A DNA stretch of 57,796 nt from Pseudomonadota bacterium (GCA_043818055.1 JBDRGF010000014.1:1-57796), one strand, 5' to 3'; numbered from the stretch's first letter, positions 35,104 to 45,565 are shown. Notes: generated from the letters alone by a model not told the origin. Made by a program: numbers and translations.

Positions 35104-35607
35104 TTAATCCTTTATTTTTTGCGCTCGCTCTTTTGTCCGTCGACTTTTCTTTATTCCTTTTTTCTTCTGTGTTTTTTGAACACTTTTTTTGCCAGGGAAT
35201 TTTTCCGACAACAATAGTGGTTCTGAATCATCTACCTGCCGTATTACTTTCATATCTCCAAATTCAGCCATCAACCTTAACCAATCCTGAGGCTCATTCA
35301 TAACCACAAAATGCACATGCCCACTCTTTAACGTGATTTTTAGTTGGAGTTTCTTTTTTCCAGCTAGCCAATTTCTTTTTACAATAGTTAATTCCTTAAT
35401 AGTAGAATAGCGAAAATCTTTAATAACCTTTCTCACCTGTGCCAGCATAAGCCTTCGATCAGTTAGATAGATATTGCAGGGACGAAAAGTGGAAAATGCT
35501 TTTTGCCCAATGTCAAGCGTGCCTGAACACTTCTTTATTATCTTTTCTTCAGGTTCCAACATTGGGGTCGGTAGTTTCCGGTGTAGGTCTAAACTGCTCT
35601 TGATCAT
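35104..35607 (-). CDS. PH/GRAM-like domain protein with basic tail
   Basis: IYLTDRRLML beta pattern. Confidence 0.65.
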   Translation of the reverse strand: MIKSSLDLHRKLPTPMLEPEEKIIKKCSGTLDIGQKAFSTFRPCNIYLTDRRLMLAQVRKVIKDFRYSTIKELTIVKRNWLAGKKKLQLKITLKSGHVHFVVMNEPQDWLRLMAEFGDMKVIRQVDDSEPLLLSEKFPGKKSVQKTQKKKGIKKSRRTKERAQKIKD

Positions 35608-35831
35608 ATTGCCTCCACTTGCTGCTCGCTATTAATCTCCTTCTCAAACTCTGTCATCATTCCATATTGCAACATAGTCTCCATGCCGGCAATAGCGGCC
35701 TTTAAATTAATCCCGATCAATGGAACATCACCCATGGTGATTACCAAATCAGCATTCAACACAAGGCCTTTGTCTAAAAGCCGGTCCAATAAATCAACTA
35801 ATGTTGCTTCTCTTTCTCGAATAGGTTCCAT
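35604..35831 (-). CDS. GvpA/J-family small gas vesicle protein (GvpJ/M/S-like)
   Basis: TLVDLLDRLLDKGLVLNADLVI..VPLIGI; start moved to ATG 35831. Confidence 0.9.
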   Translation of the reverse strand: MEPIREREATLVDLLDRLLDKGLVLNADLVITMGDVPLIGINLKAAIAGMETMLQYGMMTEFEKEINSEQQVEAI

Positions 35832-35833
35832 GA

Positions 35834-36586
35834 CTAAATCCCCACAAACGAATAAGGGGGCCATGGGCCGGTAAACCGTACCGTATGATCCTCACATTGA
35901 CCAATATCCTCCAACAGATCTCCTAATTTCTTGACCTGCTCAGCATCAGAGAGACACGATACATTTAAAAGCATCTGTTTATCACCTTCTAGTCTTTTTA
36001 TTTTTTCTACAGTGATGTTGGAAACACACTGCTTGATCTGTTTGAAAAAAACTCGAAACAGCTCTGTGGCCTTATGCTCCATCTCATCCTTTAAGGCCTT
36101 TTCATATCTTTTCTTATACATATAGGCTGTGCCTGTGCTTTCTCCTTCAGATTTTTTCTTTAGTTCCATTAGATCATTCTTAGAATTTACAACCTTTTCT
36201 ATACATCTTGAAGGACACCAAAAAATCTGAACTCCATATTCTGCTTTATCACGCACATTGAACATTTTCTTCACCAGCCGGTCATTCTCCCTTTCCATCC
36301 ATATTCTAAGTTTATTTTCATCGCCACGTATGATAGTGCCAAAGGCGAAAGGTAGAATGGTTTTATATCTCTTCCAAGCTTCTTCTACTACAGATTGATG
36401 TGCAGCTACCCATTTTAATGATTCCTGAGAATTTTCTATCTTAACCCCGGATTCAACCGGATGGACAACTGCTGAAATATTATTATTAGAAATAGTAATA
36501 ACAGAAGATTCTTCAATTCCTATAGGCCCTAGTGATGCATCATCAACGCTATCTATAATGCAATACAGATAATATCCTTTACTCAC
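35834..36586 (-). CDS. GvpL/GvpF family protein
   Basis: YLYCII..LPFAFGT..FTGPWPPYSFV; GTG 36586 overlaps the gvpK stop. Confidence 0.92.
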   Translation of the reverse strand: MSKGYYLYCIIDSVDDASLGPIGIEESSVITISNNNISAVVHPVESGVKIENSQESLKWVAAHQSVVEEAWKRYKTILPFAFGTIIRGDENKLRIWMERENDRLVKKMFNVRDKAEYGVQIFWCPSRCIEKVVNSKNDLMELKKKSEGESTGTAYMYKKRYEKALKDEMEHKATELFRVFFKQIKQCVSNITVEKIKRLEGDKQMLLNVSCLSDAEQVKKLGDLLEDIGQCEDHTVRFTGPWPPYSFVGI

Positions 36587-36873
36587 ACTTCCTCCTTCTT
36601 CAACCATATCGAGCTATCTACTAAACCATCCAGTTGTTTACGAAGACTTCCCACTGCTTCACAAATACCCTGTTCCTCTTTTAGTTCCTCAATAGTTTCT
36701 TTTAATTTGAGGAGAGAATTTCCCAATCTTTCTATCTGTTCATCATTTAGACTTTTTCCTTCCATCCTCCGCAAAGCCTGATGTTCCAGGGTTTCATGCA
36801 AGATCTCCACAATAGCTATAACCAGTCCGACAAGACTTCCTTTTAGATTTTCACCCTCAAGATCGATCTTCAT
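36583..36873 (-). CDS. gvpK: Gas vesicle protein K
   Basis: LVIAIVEIL..LEHQALRRMEGKSL..QIERLG. Confidence 0.92.
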   Translation of the reverse strand: MKIDLEGENLKGSLVGLVIAIVEILHETLEHQALRRMEGKSLNDEQIERLGNSLLKLKETIEELKEEQGICEAVGSLRKQLDGLVDSSIWLKKEEV

Positions 36874-36882
36874 GCTTATCCC

Positions 36883-37047
36883 CTACTTCTTCTTTTTTAA
36901 ATTAAACTCTCTCGCCAACTTCTCATCAATTTCTTTAAAGCGTTTTTCCATCTCTTTTAACTTTGGGTTATTAGATTTTTCCAATTTCTTGGTCAGTCTC
37001 TTTATTCCTTTTTGTACCTCTTTCACAATCTTCAATAGATCTGCCAT
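36883..37047 (-). CDS. 54-aa Lys-rich coiled-coil protein (not in ORF track)
   Basis: GAGGAGG RBS, ATG 37047, MADLLKIVKEVQKGIKRLTKK...FNLKKKK*; fills the gap between gvpJ-like and gvpK. Confidence 0.7.
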   Translation of the reverse strand: MADLLKIVKEVQKGIKRLTKKLEKSNNPKLKEMEKRFKEIDEKLAREFNLKKKK

Positions 37048-37056
37048 ACATCCTCC

Positions 37057-37419
37057 TCACTTTACTTTCACAATAGGTGCTAGCTCCAAGGCGCGCTTGG
37101 ACATGAAGCCGCACCATGGGCATCCCTTTTCCAATAGTTCATCTTTGGCCACACGTTTCTCACACTGAGGACAATCTTCCTTAGGAATAACTGCTTCTTT
37201 CCAGATAGGCAGGTCCAGTTTGGTATCAGATGGAAACTGGAGTCCATAGCGGGCTGCCGTCTCAAATGAAGCCAGTGCTGCCCTGATTTTAATGCCCAAC
37301 AACTCAGTACCAGCGAGAGACACAGCTATATCGGCATTGATTACCAACCCCTTATCCAGCACCCTATCCAGCACATCAGCCAAATTATTATCTTGATATT
37401 GTTCCGGTTTAATAGCCAT
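37057..37419 (-). CDS. gvpJ: GvpJ-like protein with C-terminal zinc ribbon
   Basis: LADVLDRVLDKGLVI..ASFETAARYG; CPQC..CPWC tail. Confidence 0.85.
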   Translation of the reverse strand: MAIKPEQYQDNNLADVLDRVLDKGLVINADIAVSLAGTELLGIKIRAALASFETAARYGLQFPSDTKLDLPIWKEAVIPKEDCPQCEKRVAKDELLEKGCPWCGFMSKRALELAPIVKVK

Positions 37420-37430
37420 AAAAGCACCTC

Positions 37431-39416
37431 CTAGTTGTAGATCATTTTTCCTAATTCCTTTAATTTCTCAACTCCTCCAACACCTTCCGATATAAAGGGG
37501 ATTGTCATAGTTTTTTTTGGGCTTAATCTCTCTAGCTCTTTTAGCATCCGCTGTTGTTCACTATTCTTGCTACGACACAAATCACAATCCATATTTTCAC
37601 GAAACATATTGGCTACCGTTAGGGTAAGAGGAATATGTAATTTTCCCAAATGCTCTATAAATCTCTTTGTTTCTGCAATCACCATGGGTTCTAATGTTGC
37701 AACAACTACAAAACGGGTCTTTTCCTTATCTGCGAAGATTTCAAGAATAGCCCGAATATCTTTAGATAATTTCACCATCTTCCCGGCGACCGCCCCTAAA
37801 GACATTGTCTGTTTGTATTTGATGAGAAGTTGAAATATGGCATTCAACCATTCTCTGATCAGGTGAGGCAATTCCAGAAAACGAAACAGATGTCCCGTAG
37901 GTGCAGTATCAAAGATAATAGTATCAAATTTTTGGTCACTCTCTTCCCGTAGATAATCAATCACCTGATAGAGAGCCATCAACTCCTCTAGACCCGGCGG
38001 GGACATCTCCATCAAATCATTAATAAGTTTACGATCATACCCCAAATCCATACCGCTTTCAGAACTACTGCTTTTAAAAAAACTGTCGAAGAGATTATCC
38101 ACTGTCTCCCTGTACTCGCGTTTAAATCTTTCTAACAATTTATAAGCATCCAATTCTAAAGCATAGAGATTAGAATTTTGAATCGGTATAATTTTATTTC
38201 CCGTCTGTTGCCCTAAGCAGTCAGAAAGAGAGTGGGCGGGATCTATAGAAAAGAGAAGAAATTTTTTGTCTGGCTCAGCAGAAGAGATCCTTAAAGCGGT
38301 GATGCTGGCAATGGTAGTCTTTCCCACACCACCTTTTCCACCCACGATCAATAATTTAGGGTTCCCACTCGATAATAATTTTAATGGAACAGATTTACAG
38401 GTGATAGCAACTTTCCTACTTATCGCTTTACCCTTCTCCTCTTTTAATTCTTTCTTTATCCCCTTACCCTCTAGATAAGCGGAAAACCATTCAAGTCCAG
38501 CGCTTCCTTGAATAGAGTGTAGAGCTAAAGGAACCTGAATGATTTCCGTTGAAGAAAAGTCTTTCTGCAATTTAGAAATTATCTCATTTTGTCTATCTCT
38601 AAGAATTGAACAGACTTGACAGTTCCCATCCTCTTGAATTCCATTCACCACAATATGACTAAATGGCACATGTTGTTTATCCAAAGAAGAGATTAGACGT
38701 TTGGTCTCTAAAAGACTTAAACTCTCAGGAAGCATAACTACAATAAACTCTGTCATGTTTCGATCACAAAGCATCTGCCTGACATGTTTCAGATCAGATC
38801 GCATATTATCTAAAAAATTGTCTACAGAATCTTTCTTAATTTGTTTTGCAAAATGTCTCTGCATGATGCGGTGTTTTTCCTGCATCAAATCGAATAGATT
38901 AAGCCATGAATCTAATATTTTAGGTAATCTAAGGAGGGATAAGGTATGTCCAGTAGGCGCGGTATCTACAATCAAATGTTTTATTTTTTTATTTTGTAAG
39001 AGTTTAGCCATCTCTAAAATGGCCATAACTTCGTCAATCCCTGGAAATGACAGATCAAAGAAACTCTGAATATCTTCTGAGTCGAAATATGTACCCCTAT
39101 CCGCTAAAAGCTTGATCTCTTCTGCGTGTTCTCTTTTGAAATGGTCTAGTAATATTGCTGCGTCCAACTCTCTAGCATACAAGTTTGTGGTGCCCTCAAT
39201 CTGAGTAGATTTATTTCCAATCTGTTGTCCAAAACTATCAGATAATGAATGGGCAGGATCAGTGGAGATGAGCATAATCTGGTGCTCCTCCGCTTTCTTG
39301 GCTAACGACATGGCCAAGGCAGCTGCGGTAGTAGTCTTTCCTACACCACCCTTACCGCCAACAAAGGTGAGTCTTGATCCTTTCTTAAAAAAGATGTTTT
39401 GCACATTAGCAATCAT
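37431..39416 (-). CDS. ArsA/GET3-family ATPase, two fused domains
   Basis: Twice GKGGVGKTT, DPAHSLSD, DTAPTGH; CxxC in each half. Confidence 0.93.
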   Translation of the reverse strand: MIANVQNIFFKKGSRLTFVGGKGGVGKTTTAAALAMSLAKKAEEHQIMLISTDPAHSLSDSFGQQIGNKSTQIEGTTNLYARELDAAILLDHFKREHAEEIKLLADRGTYFDSEDIQSFFDLSFPGIDEVMAILEMAKLLQNKKIKHLIVDTAPTGHTLSLLRLPKILDSWLNLFDLMQEKHRIMQRHFAKQIKKDSVDNFLDNMRSDLKHVRQMLCDRNMTEFIVVMLPESLSLLETKRLISSLDKQHVPFSHIVVNGIQEDGNCQVCSILRDRQNEIISKLQKDFSSTEIIQVPLALHSIQGSAGLEWFSAYLEGKGIKKELKEEKGKAISRKVAITCKSVPLKLLSSGNPKLLIVGGKGGVGKTTIASITALRISSAEPDKKFLLFSIDPAHSLSDCLGQQTGNKIIPIQNSNLYALELDAYKLLERFKREYRETVDNLFDSFFKSSSSESGMDLGYDRKLINDLMEMSPPGLEELMALYQVIDYLREESDQKFDTIIFDTAPTGHLFRFLELPHLIREWLNAIFQLLIKYKQTMSLGAVAGKMVKLSKDIRAILEIFADKEKTRFVVVATLEPMVIAETKRFIEHLGKLHIPLTLTVANMFRENMDCDLCRSKNSEQQRMLKELERLSPKKTMTIPFISEGVGGVEKLKELGKMIYN

Positions 39417-39468
39417 TTATTCCTCACTGGTCAACCCTAGACAAAGTCGAGGGACGAGCACTTCGATT

Positions 39469-39732
39469 TCAAAACTCTTCTTCTTCCTCGCCCTTTTTAC
39501 AAAAACCTGTGACGTTACCTTTACCGTCGAGTTCAACATTATAAATGTTGCGATCGAAAATCGGTGGGTAGCCCAATTTTTTTAAATATTCATCCTGTTC
39601 GGTAATTTCTACCCTGGTAGCCCATCCCTCACCGACCTTGTTAAGCTTCAAGAACCTGACCGCTTTAGTGTCCTTACCTAATTCCTTAGCACAGAACTCA
39701 GCAACCTTACCCTTTGCTTCATTGAGATTCAT
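39469..39732 (-). CDS. GvpO/GvpR-like protein
   Basis: GWxxxVEIxE..YNVELDxxGNV pattern. Confidence 0.65.
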   Translation of the reverse strand: MNLNEAKGKVAEFCAKELGKDTKAVRFLKLNKVGEGWATRVEITEQDEYLKKLGYPPIFDRNIYNVELDGKGNVTGFCKKGEEEEEF

Positions 39733-39734
39733 CT

Positions 39735-39995
39735 TTACCCCCCTTCTTTCTTCTTTTTCAAAGAATTTAAGAGATCTGTAATCTCTTTTTCCCTCTTATC
39801 ATGTTCCTCTTGTGTAACATCACCCATCTCATGCAACATCTGCAACTCAATCAACTCCGACTTCAATTTATCCGCATCCCCCATCTGCTGATCAGCTACC
39901 TCTTGAACTTTTTCCCCTAGCCATTGAACCAGCTTTACAGGGCCCATCAAGGGTGCACCTAGTAAATTGAGTAGTAATCCCATTTTTTCCCTCAT
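39735..39995 (-). CDS. gvpG: Gas vesicle protein G
   Basis: WLGEKVQEVAD..LIELQM..GDVTQEEHDKREKE. Confidence 0.88.
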   Translation of the reverse strand: MREKMGLLLNLLGAPLMGPVKLVQWLGEKVQEVADQQMGDADKLKSELIELQMLHEMGDVTQEEHDKREKEITDLLNSLKKKKEGG

Positions 39996-40009
39996 CCAGG
40001 TTCTTAACT

Positions 40010-40807
40010 TTAATCCCAGTTTACAGCTATCTCTATAAAATTTGACGGAGGTGTGGGACCAACGTACCTTAATTGAAAAAGATCCTTGTACTCCTCCGAC
40101 AACTCACTTACCTTGACGTCAAATTCGGTTTGGCTTTCCTTGCCAACCAGAAAAGCCCCGTTCAAAACCATCCGATCTCCCACCAGTTTGTTAGTCTTGG
40201 CTTCAGCTGCAAGAGGTTTAAGTTTATCAAACAGTTCACATTCCAACACTTTCCTCTTCTGTTGAAGTGTCTCCTTGACCTTCTGTCCTAGTACAATCAT
40301 ATCGTTCCTGGCTTTATCAAAGGGGAGTTTGGCCAATCTATCGCGCCACTCCTTCAAACGTGGGTTTTCGTCTAACAGTGTACTGTAAGCCTTATCCATC
40401 TCGACCCATAATGCCCTGACACCATATTCTTCTTTATCCGCAAAATAATCGATTCGTTCACGCAATTCCTGATAGCGATTTCTTAAAAACTTTTCCACAA
40501 TCTGCTCAGATGTCTCACCAATAGTACAAAATTTAATTGGTAAGGTTACATAATCTTTCATCACCATTTCATTGACTTTTTGATGCTTAATCGTATTTTC
40601 TCGACTAATATCCCATTCCTTAATTGGCGAGTTACTCACCACACAAGCTATCTCTTCATGAGTAATAGTATAAACCTCTTCACCAACTTTCCCATCCTCA
40701 GACAAACCAATGGGACCAAATGAACGATCTCCGTTGGCTTGAATTACAGAGTACATGTATAGCCCCATCGTCTTCTCCAACTCTTTCTTGCTTGACTCAT
40801 TTTTCAT
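40010..40807 (-). CDS. GvpL/GvpF family protein
   Basis: LYMYSVI..HQKVNE..LPIKF..YVGPTPPSNFI. Confidence 0.92.
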   Translation of the reverse strand: MKNESSKKELEKTMGLYMYSVIQANGDRSFGPIGLSEDGKVGEEVYTITHEEIACVVSNSPIKEWDISRENTIKHQKVNEMVMKDYVTLPIKFCTIGETSEQIVEKFLRNRYQELRERIDYFADKEEYGVRALWVEMDKAYSTLLDENPRLKEWRDRLAKLPFDKARNDMIVLGQKVKETLQQKRKVLECELFDKLKPLAAEAKTNKLVGDRMVLNGAFLVGKESQTEFDVKVSELSEEYKDLFQLRYVGPTPPSNFIEIAVNWD

Positions 40808-40870
40808 ATTTTAAAATCCCTCTACGGATAGCTGATAGTTTATTTTATAATTTTATACGCTAAACGCTAG

Positions 40871-41599
40871 TTACATCCTCACACTGGCAAAACTATATGG
40901 TGGCAAAGGGCCTATGTAACATACTTTGACCCTCTCCTTATTTTCTTCTTCCAATCTATCCACCGCTTTATCGAATTGATCTAATTTATTTTTATCCACT
41001 AAAAATGAACCATATAAAACTAACTCATCTCTCGTAGTGGAATTAATTTGATAATCACTGATATATCCTTTCAAGTACTTCATATACTTCGTAACCTCTT
41101 CTGCCTTTTTCTGACACAACTGAGCAGCAACAAACTGGCCAGCCATTATCAAATCTTCCCTACTCTTTGGTTTAGAATTTGTTTTGAGAGTCTGCAAATG
41201 TTTACTCTTTTTAACGATCTCATCAAAGACTCCCTTCATTTCCTTCCAAAACACCTCTAATTCGATTTCCACCTTTCCCCTCATCTTCTTGAATAGGCGT
41301 TTAAATTCTTTATGATGCTGTTTCAAAAATTGGAAGACCTCTTTGGTGCCTGGAGCAACTGTACCAAAACAAATGGGTAAGGTTTCATATTGTTTCATCA
41401 TCTTTTCCAGCACAAGTTGATGTGCTTTCAAATGGGCTTCGTTGGCCAGGCTATATTCATCTTCTCCTGCATCACTGACCATGCAAGCTAAACCCTTTAG
41501 ATGAATGATATAGACGCGCTCATCATCCAGCCCGATGGCCCCAAAATCCATCTCCTTATCAGCGAGGATGACGCAATATATATACTTCGCATTTGCCAT
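40871..41599 (-). CDS. GvpL/GvpF family protein
   Basis: KYIYCVI..AHQLVLE..LPICFGT..YIGPLPPYSF. Confidence 0.92.
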   Translation of the reverse strand: MANAKYIYCVILADKEMDFGAIGLDDERVYIIHLKGLACMVSDAGEDEYSLANEAHLKAHQLVLEKMMKQYETLPICFGTVAPGTKEVFQFLKQHHKEFKRLFKKMRGKVEIELEVFWKEMKGVFDEIVKKSKHLQTLKTNSKPKSREDLIMAGQFVAAQLCQKKAEEVTKYMKYLKGYISDYQINSTTRDELVLYGSFLVDKNKLDQFDKAVDRLEEENKERVKVCYIGPLPPYSFASVRM

Positions 41600-41601
41600 A
41601 A

Positions 41602-42354
41602 TTAATCAACTACCTTTCCTAAATGCAGCTCCATATTAACAAAATTATAAGGAGGTGTTGGCCCCACATATTTTACATCGTAGCGATTTTTATTTCTCCC
41701 GGAAATCAGCTCAATCTTCTCATCGAATTCTTGTTGTCTAATTCTTTCCATCAGAAAGGCTGCATTGAGAACCATGCTATCTTCCCTCATGCTAAGAATT
41801 TTATCCTGATGGGCCAGCCGGGTAAGAACTGACATCCAGATATCTCCCTCCTCCTCCCTTTTTTGATCCAAAAACTTTGCAACTTCCTTGCCTAATTGCA
41901 AAAGTTCATCTTTAATTAAAACGCTATACACCAAACCTTTTTCTTTTAACTTGGAATTTTCTTGAACCAATTCTTCAAACACGTTTTTCATATTCTTCCA
42001 ATAAACCTTAAGACCGATCTCGATTTTATTGTCCAAGTCTTGAATAAGACCCAAGAATTCGTTCCGACGCAGTTGCAATAAACCGATAATATCTTTAACA
42101 CTTTCCGCAACTGTACAGAAACGAACAGGTAAAACGGTGTATTCTTCCATAACTTGCTCCACCACGCGCTGATGAGCGAGCAGCGTATCTTTACTCAATT
42201 CATATCTGGTGAGCGGAGTATTGCTGATGACTGCCGATAGACCTCCATAGCAGACATTATGCACTTCATCACCTCTGCCACCGATTCCGATGGGACCGAA
42301 GTGCTTGGCCTCATCCGTAGCAATTATGCAGTATATGTATTTCCCCTCTTGCAT
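41602..42354 (-). CDS. GvpL/GvpF family protein
   Basis: MQEGKYIYCII..LPVRF..YVGPTPPYNFV; ATG 42354 overlaps the upstream TGA. Confidence 0.92.
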   Translation of the reverse strand: MQEGKYIYCIIATDEAKHFGPIGIGGRGDEVHNVCYGGLSAVISNTPLTRYELSKDTLLAHQRVVEQVMEEYTVLPVRFCTVAESVKDIIGLLQLRRNEFLGLIQDLDNKIEIGLKVYWKNMKNVFEELVQENSKLKEKGLVYSVLIKDELLQLGKEVAKFLDQKREEEGDIWMSVLTRLAHQDKILSMREDSMVLNAAFLMERIRQQEFDEKIELISGRNKNRYDVKYVGPTPPYNFVNMELHLGKVVD

Positions 42355-43373
42355 CAGGCAGTTCCTTCCACAACCTTTGTTAAGTAACAGCATTCAACAT
42401 CCAGGTTAGCAAAGGGGTTCTCTTCTACATCATAAAAGGCCTTAAGCAGATCAAGACTTTGATAAATTTGGGAAATCTTTTCGTTGCGATCCTCTTTTTC
42501 TTTTGAATCAGGATGATGTAGTTGGATGAGTTCCCGCCCCCTCTCCTTAAGCATATCTAAGGTAGTATCCCTATCTACTTTAAATAGATTCATCGCTTCT
42601 CTCAAGCAACCCGACTCAACCTTCTGCACCTGCACTGTTCTGAAACTATGAGGTGGAAGGGGCATAAGGCATTTAAAATCGAACTCACTATTGAATTTAT
42701 CGTCTAGTCCATAAATAGATTTGAGAAAATCATCCTCTCTACTCTTGGAGATAAGAAAAGAGGTGTTGAGGATCATCTTATTTTCAAGCCTTTCGTGATC
42801 AACTCTATTCTTTCCCCATTTATTTAATGAAAAGAGTATTTCAGCCGCCACCCTCTGACGCTCAGTTTCCAGCTTATCCTCCAATTCCATACCAACTTCC
42901 ATAATTAATTCCCGACTTTTTTCCTCTTGGGCCTTAAGTTTTAGAGCCTTAATCTCATCGTCACCTTCTGCTATCTTCTTTATCTCCCTCAGAACATCCC
43001 AACTTGCTGTGAGATTGACCTCAAATTTACCCTCCATGTCAGCCAATGCTTTTTTAAAAAGGGGTTGCCCTCTTTTTATAATTGTCATGGTATCTTCTAA
43101 ACTCTCCACGGATGTGCCAAATTTGATAGGAATGACCAGCCGTTGTTTCATTATCTCTTCTAGAGTCTTTTGATGGGACAGTAGTTTCTGCATTAAATCC
43201 TGTTTATCGTTTTCATCTACAGCCCACTCATCCAACTCCGACATCACAATAGCTATATCATCCAAAGGAAAAGTTTTTACCAGAGTCCGCTTTCCGTGGG
43301 AGTTAGCAAAGCCGATCTCTCCAAAATCCATCTCCTTGCCATCATTGATTATTCCGTATAAATACAATTTCAT
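42354..43373 (-). CDS. GvpL/GvpF family protein with C-terminal J-domain-like region
   Basis: LYLYGII..IPIKFGT..PLPPHSF, then RELIQLHHPD. Confidence 0.88.
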   Translation of the reverse strand: MKLYLYGIINDGKEMDFGEIGFANSHGKRTLVKTFPLDDIAIVMSELDEWAVDENDKQDLMQKLLSHQKTLEEIMKQRLVIPIKFGTSVESLEDTMTIIKRGQPLFKKALADMEGKFEVNLTASWDVLREIKKIAEGDDEIKALKLKAQEEKSRELIMEVGMELEDKLETERQRVAAEILFSLNKWGKNRVDHERLENKMILNTSFLISKSREDDFLKSIYGLDDKFNSEFDFKCLMPLPPHSFRTVQVQKVESGCLREAMNLFKVDRDTTLDMLKERGRELIQLHHPDSKEKEDRNEKISQIYQSLDLLKAFYDVEENPFANLDVECCYLTKVVEGTA

Positions 43374-45565
43374 CTCTTCTCCTTCTTCACTTCTGTAAGT
43401 GCATTTACAAAATCTTCTGCCATAATCCTGAGTGATGTCTTCTTTTTGTCTGCATCCTCTTTGTGTTTGTAAATAAACTCACGCATTGCGTTCATGCCAG
43501 CCCTGCGACAGATGGCCTCTATATCTGAACCACTCATCCCTTCGGTTTCTTTGACTAGCGAATCAAAACCAACATTGGAACCCAGCGGTTTTCCCTTAGT
43601 ATGAATATCAAATATCCTCTCCCTAGTTTTCGCATCTGGAACACCTACGGAAAGTATAAAATCAAAACGACCAGTGCGAAGCAGTGCCGGATCGATTAGA
43701 TCTTTGCGATTAGTAGCACCTAAAACCATCACGCCTTTGAGCTCTTCGATCCCATCCATCTCTGTCAAAAATTGACTGATAACCCTCTGGGTTACACCGG
43801 AATCAGCACCAGCCCCGCCCCTCGCAGGCACAATAGAGTCGATCTCATCAAAAAAGATGATACAGGGAGACGCTGCTTTAGCACGCTTAAACAATTCTCT
43901 TACGCCCTTCTCCGCTTCACCTACATATTTATTCATCAACTCCGGGCCCTTGATAGATATAAAATTTACTTCACTCTCGTTGGCTAACGCCTTAGCGATC
44001 AGCGTCTTCCCTGTTCCTGGAGGCCCTTCTAATAGAATGCCTTTTGGTGGGGCAACATGTACATGTTCGAAGAGTTTGGCATGCTGGAGAGGCCACTGAA
44101 CCGATTCCTTCAAACGCTCTTTAATATTATCTAAACCGCCAACATCCTCCCATTTAACGTTTGGAATCTCTACAAAGACCTCGCGAATGGCAGATGGCTC
44201 GACCTCTTTTAAAGCATCCATAAAATGATCCATTGTAACCTGGAGGTCCAGCAAGGTTGAAAGCGGAATCTCATCCAAAGACATATCAGATCCCACGAAA
44301 ATCTGACGAAGACAGCTCATAGCAGATTCCCTGGCCAACGCTTCAAGATCAGCACCGACAAAACCATGGGTGATATCCGCAAGTCTTTCGAGATCCACAT
44401 CCTCAGCCAAGGGCATGCCGCGGGTATGAATATTTAAAATCTGCCCACGACCGCTTCGGTCAGGGATTCCTATACGAATCTCTCGGTCAAAACGACCCGG
44501 TCTACGAAGCGCTGGATCTAAAACATCTGGTATATTTGTCGCGCCTATTACAATTATCTTTCCGCGATTCTTCAAACCATCCAACTCTGCAAGTAAAGTA
44601 GCTACTATTCGTTTTTCGACCTCACCCTGCACCTCCACTCTCTTTGGGGCAATGGCATCTATCTCATCGATAAAAAGTATAGATGGTGCTGCCTGTGCAG
44701 CCTTTTCAAAATATTCTCGAAGATGTTTTTCCGATTCACCATAAAATTTATGCACGATCTCAGGTCCATTCACCGTGAAAAAGTTGGCGTCAGCTTCGTG
44801 AGCAACAGCTCGGGCTATTAAAGTTTTTCCTGTACCCGGAGGGCCATATAACAGAACTCCTTTAGGCGGATCTATTCCTAGTCGGTCAAAGACTTGAGGA
44901 TATTTTAATGGGAGTTCGATCATCTCACGAATTCGATGAATCTCTTTGCCCAGACCTCCGATATCCTCATAGGAGACACCCGGTTTTCCTGTCTCTGCTT
45001 CTTCTTCTTTATCCCTTGCTCCCTTGATTACAATCGCAGTCTGAGTGGTGATAATAACCGTACCCGTGGGCGAAGTTTCCAGAACTTCGAAGTCGCGACT
45101 TTTGGAACCAAAGAGTATAGCTCGAACCTTTGAGCCCTTTATGACAGGTATGCCAGCAAAAAGGCGGCCTAAATATTGATCATCTTTTACAGAGGCCATT
45201 TGCAGTGGTTTTATAACAACACGGCCGGCCTCATGGTGAGCAACTTTTGACACTTTCACCTTTTCATCCAGTCCAACTTTAGCGTTGTCTCGAAGTATTC
45301 CATCTATCTGAATCTGTTTTCTTCCGCGCTCCTCCATATAGATCGGCATCAGCTTAGCCACGGCCTTTTCTTTCTCCTTGCCCGCCGAAGCTTTGGTAGC
45401 GGGGCCTTCGATCTCTATTACATCACCTATGGATACGCCGATAGATTCCATGTCTTTTGGATCAATCCGGGCTATACCGCGACCGACATCCTTGGACTGC
45501 GCTTCTGTTACACGGAGAGTAATTTGGAAATGTTCTTTGACTGGTTTCTTTTTTGCAGCATTCAT
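43370..45565 (-). CDS. CDC48/VCP-family AAA+ ATPase
   Basis: N-domain DVGRGIARID; two AAA modules with GPPGTGKT, DEID and R(P/T)GRFD. Confidence 0.96.
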   Translation of the reverse strand: MNAAKKKPVKEHFQITLRVTEAQSKDVGRGIARIDPKDMESIGVSIGDVIEIEGPATKASAGKEKEKAVAKLMPIYMEERGRKQIQIDGILRDNAKVGLDEKVKVSKVAHHEAGRVVIKPLQMASVKDDQYLGRLFAGIPVIKGSKVRAILFGSKSRDFEVLETSPTGTVIITTQTAIVIKGARDKEEEAETGKPGVSYEDIGGLGKEIHRIREMIELPLKYPQVFDRLGIDPPKGVLLYGPPGTGKTLIARAVAHEADANFFTVNGPEIVHKFYGESEKHLREYFEKAAQAAPSILFIDEIDAIAPKRVEVQGEVEKRIVATLLAELDGLKNRGKIIVIGATNIPDVLDPALRRPGRFDREIRIGIPDRSGRGQILNIHTRGMPLAEDVDLERLADITHGFVGADLEALARESAMSCLRQIFVGSDMSLDEIPLSTLLDLQVTMDHFMDALKEVEPSAIREVFVEIPNVKWEDVGGLDNIKERLKESVQWPLQHAKLFEHVHVAPPKGILLEGPPGTGKTLIAKALANESEVNFISIKGPELMNKYVGEAEKGVRELFKRAKAASPCIIFFDEIDSIVPARGGAGADSGVTQRVISQFLTEMDGIEELKGVMVLGATNRKDLIDPALLRTGRFDFILSVGVPDAKTRERIFDIHTKGKPLGSNVGFDSLVKETEGMSGSDIEAICRRAGMNAMREFIYKHKEDADKKKTSLRIMAEDFVNALTEVKKEKR

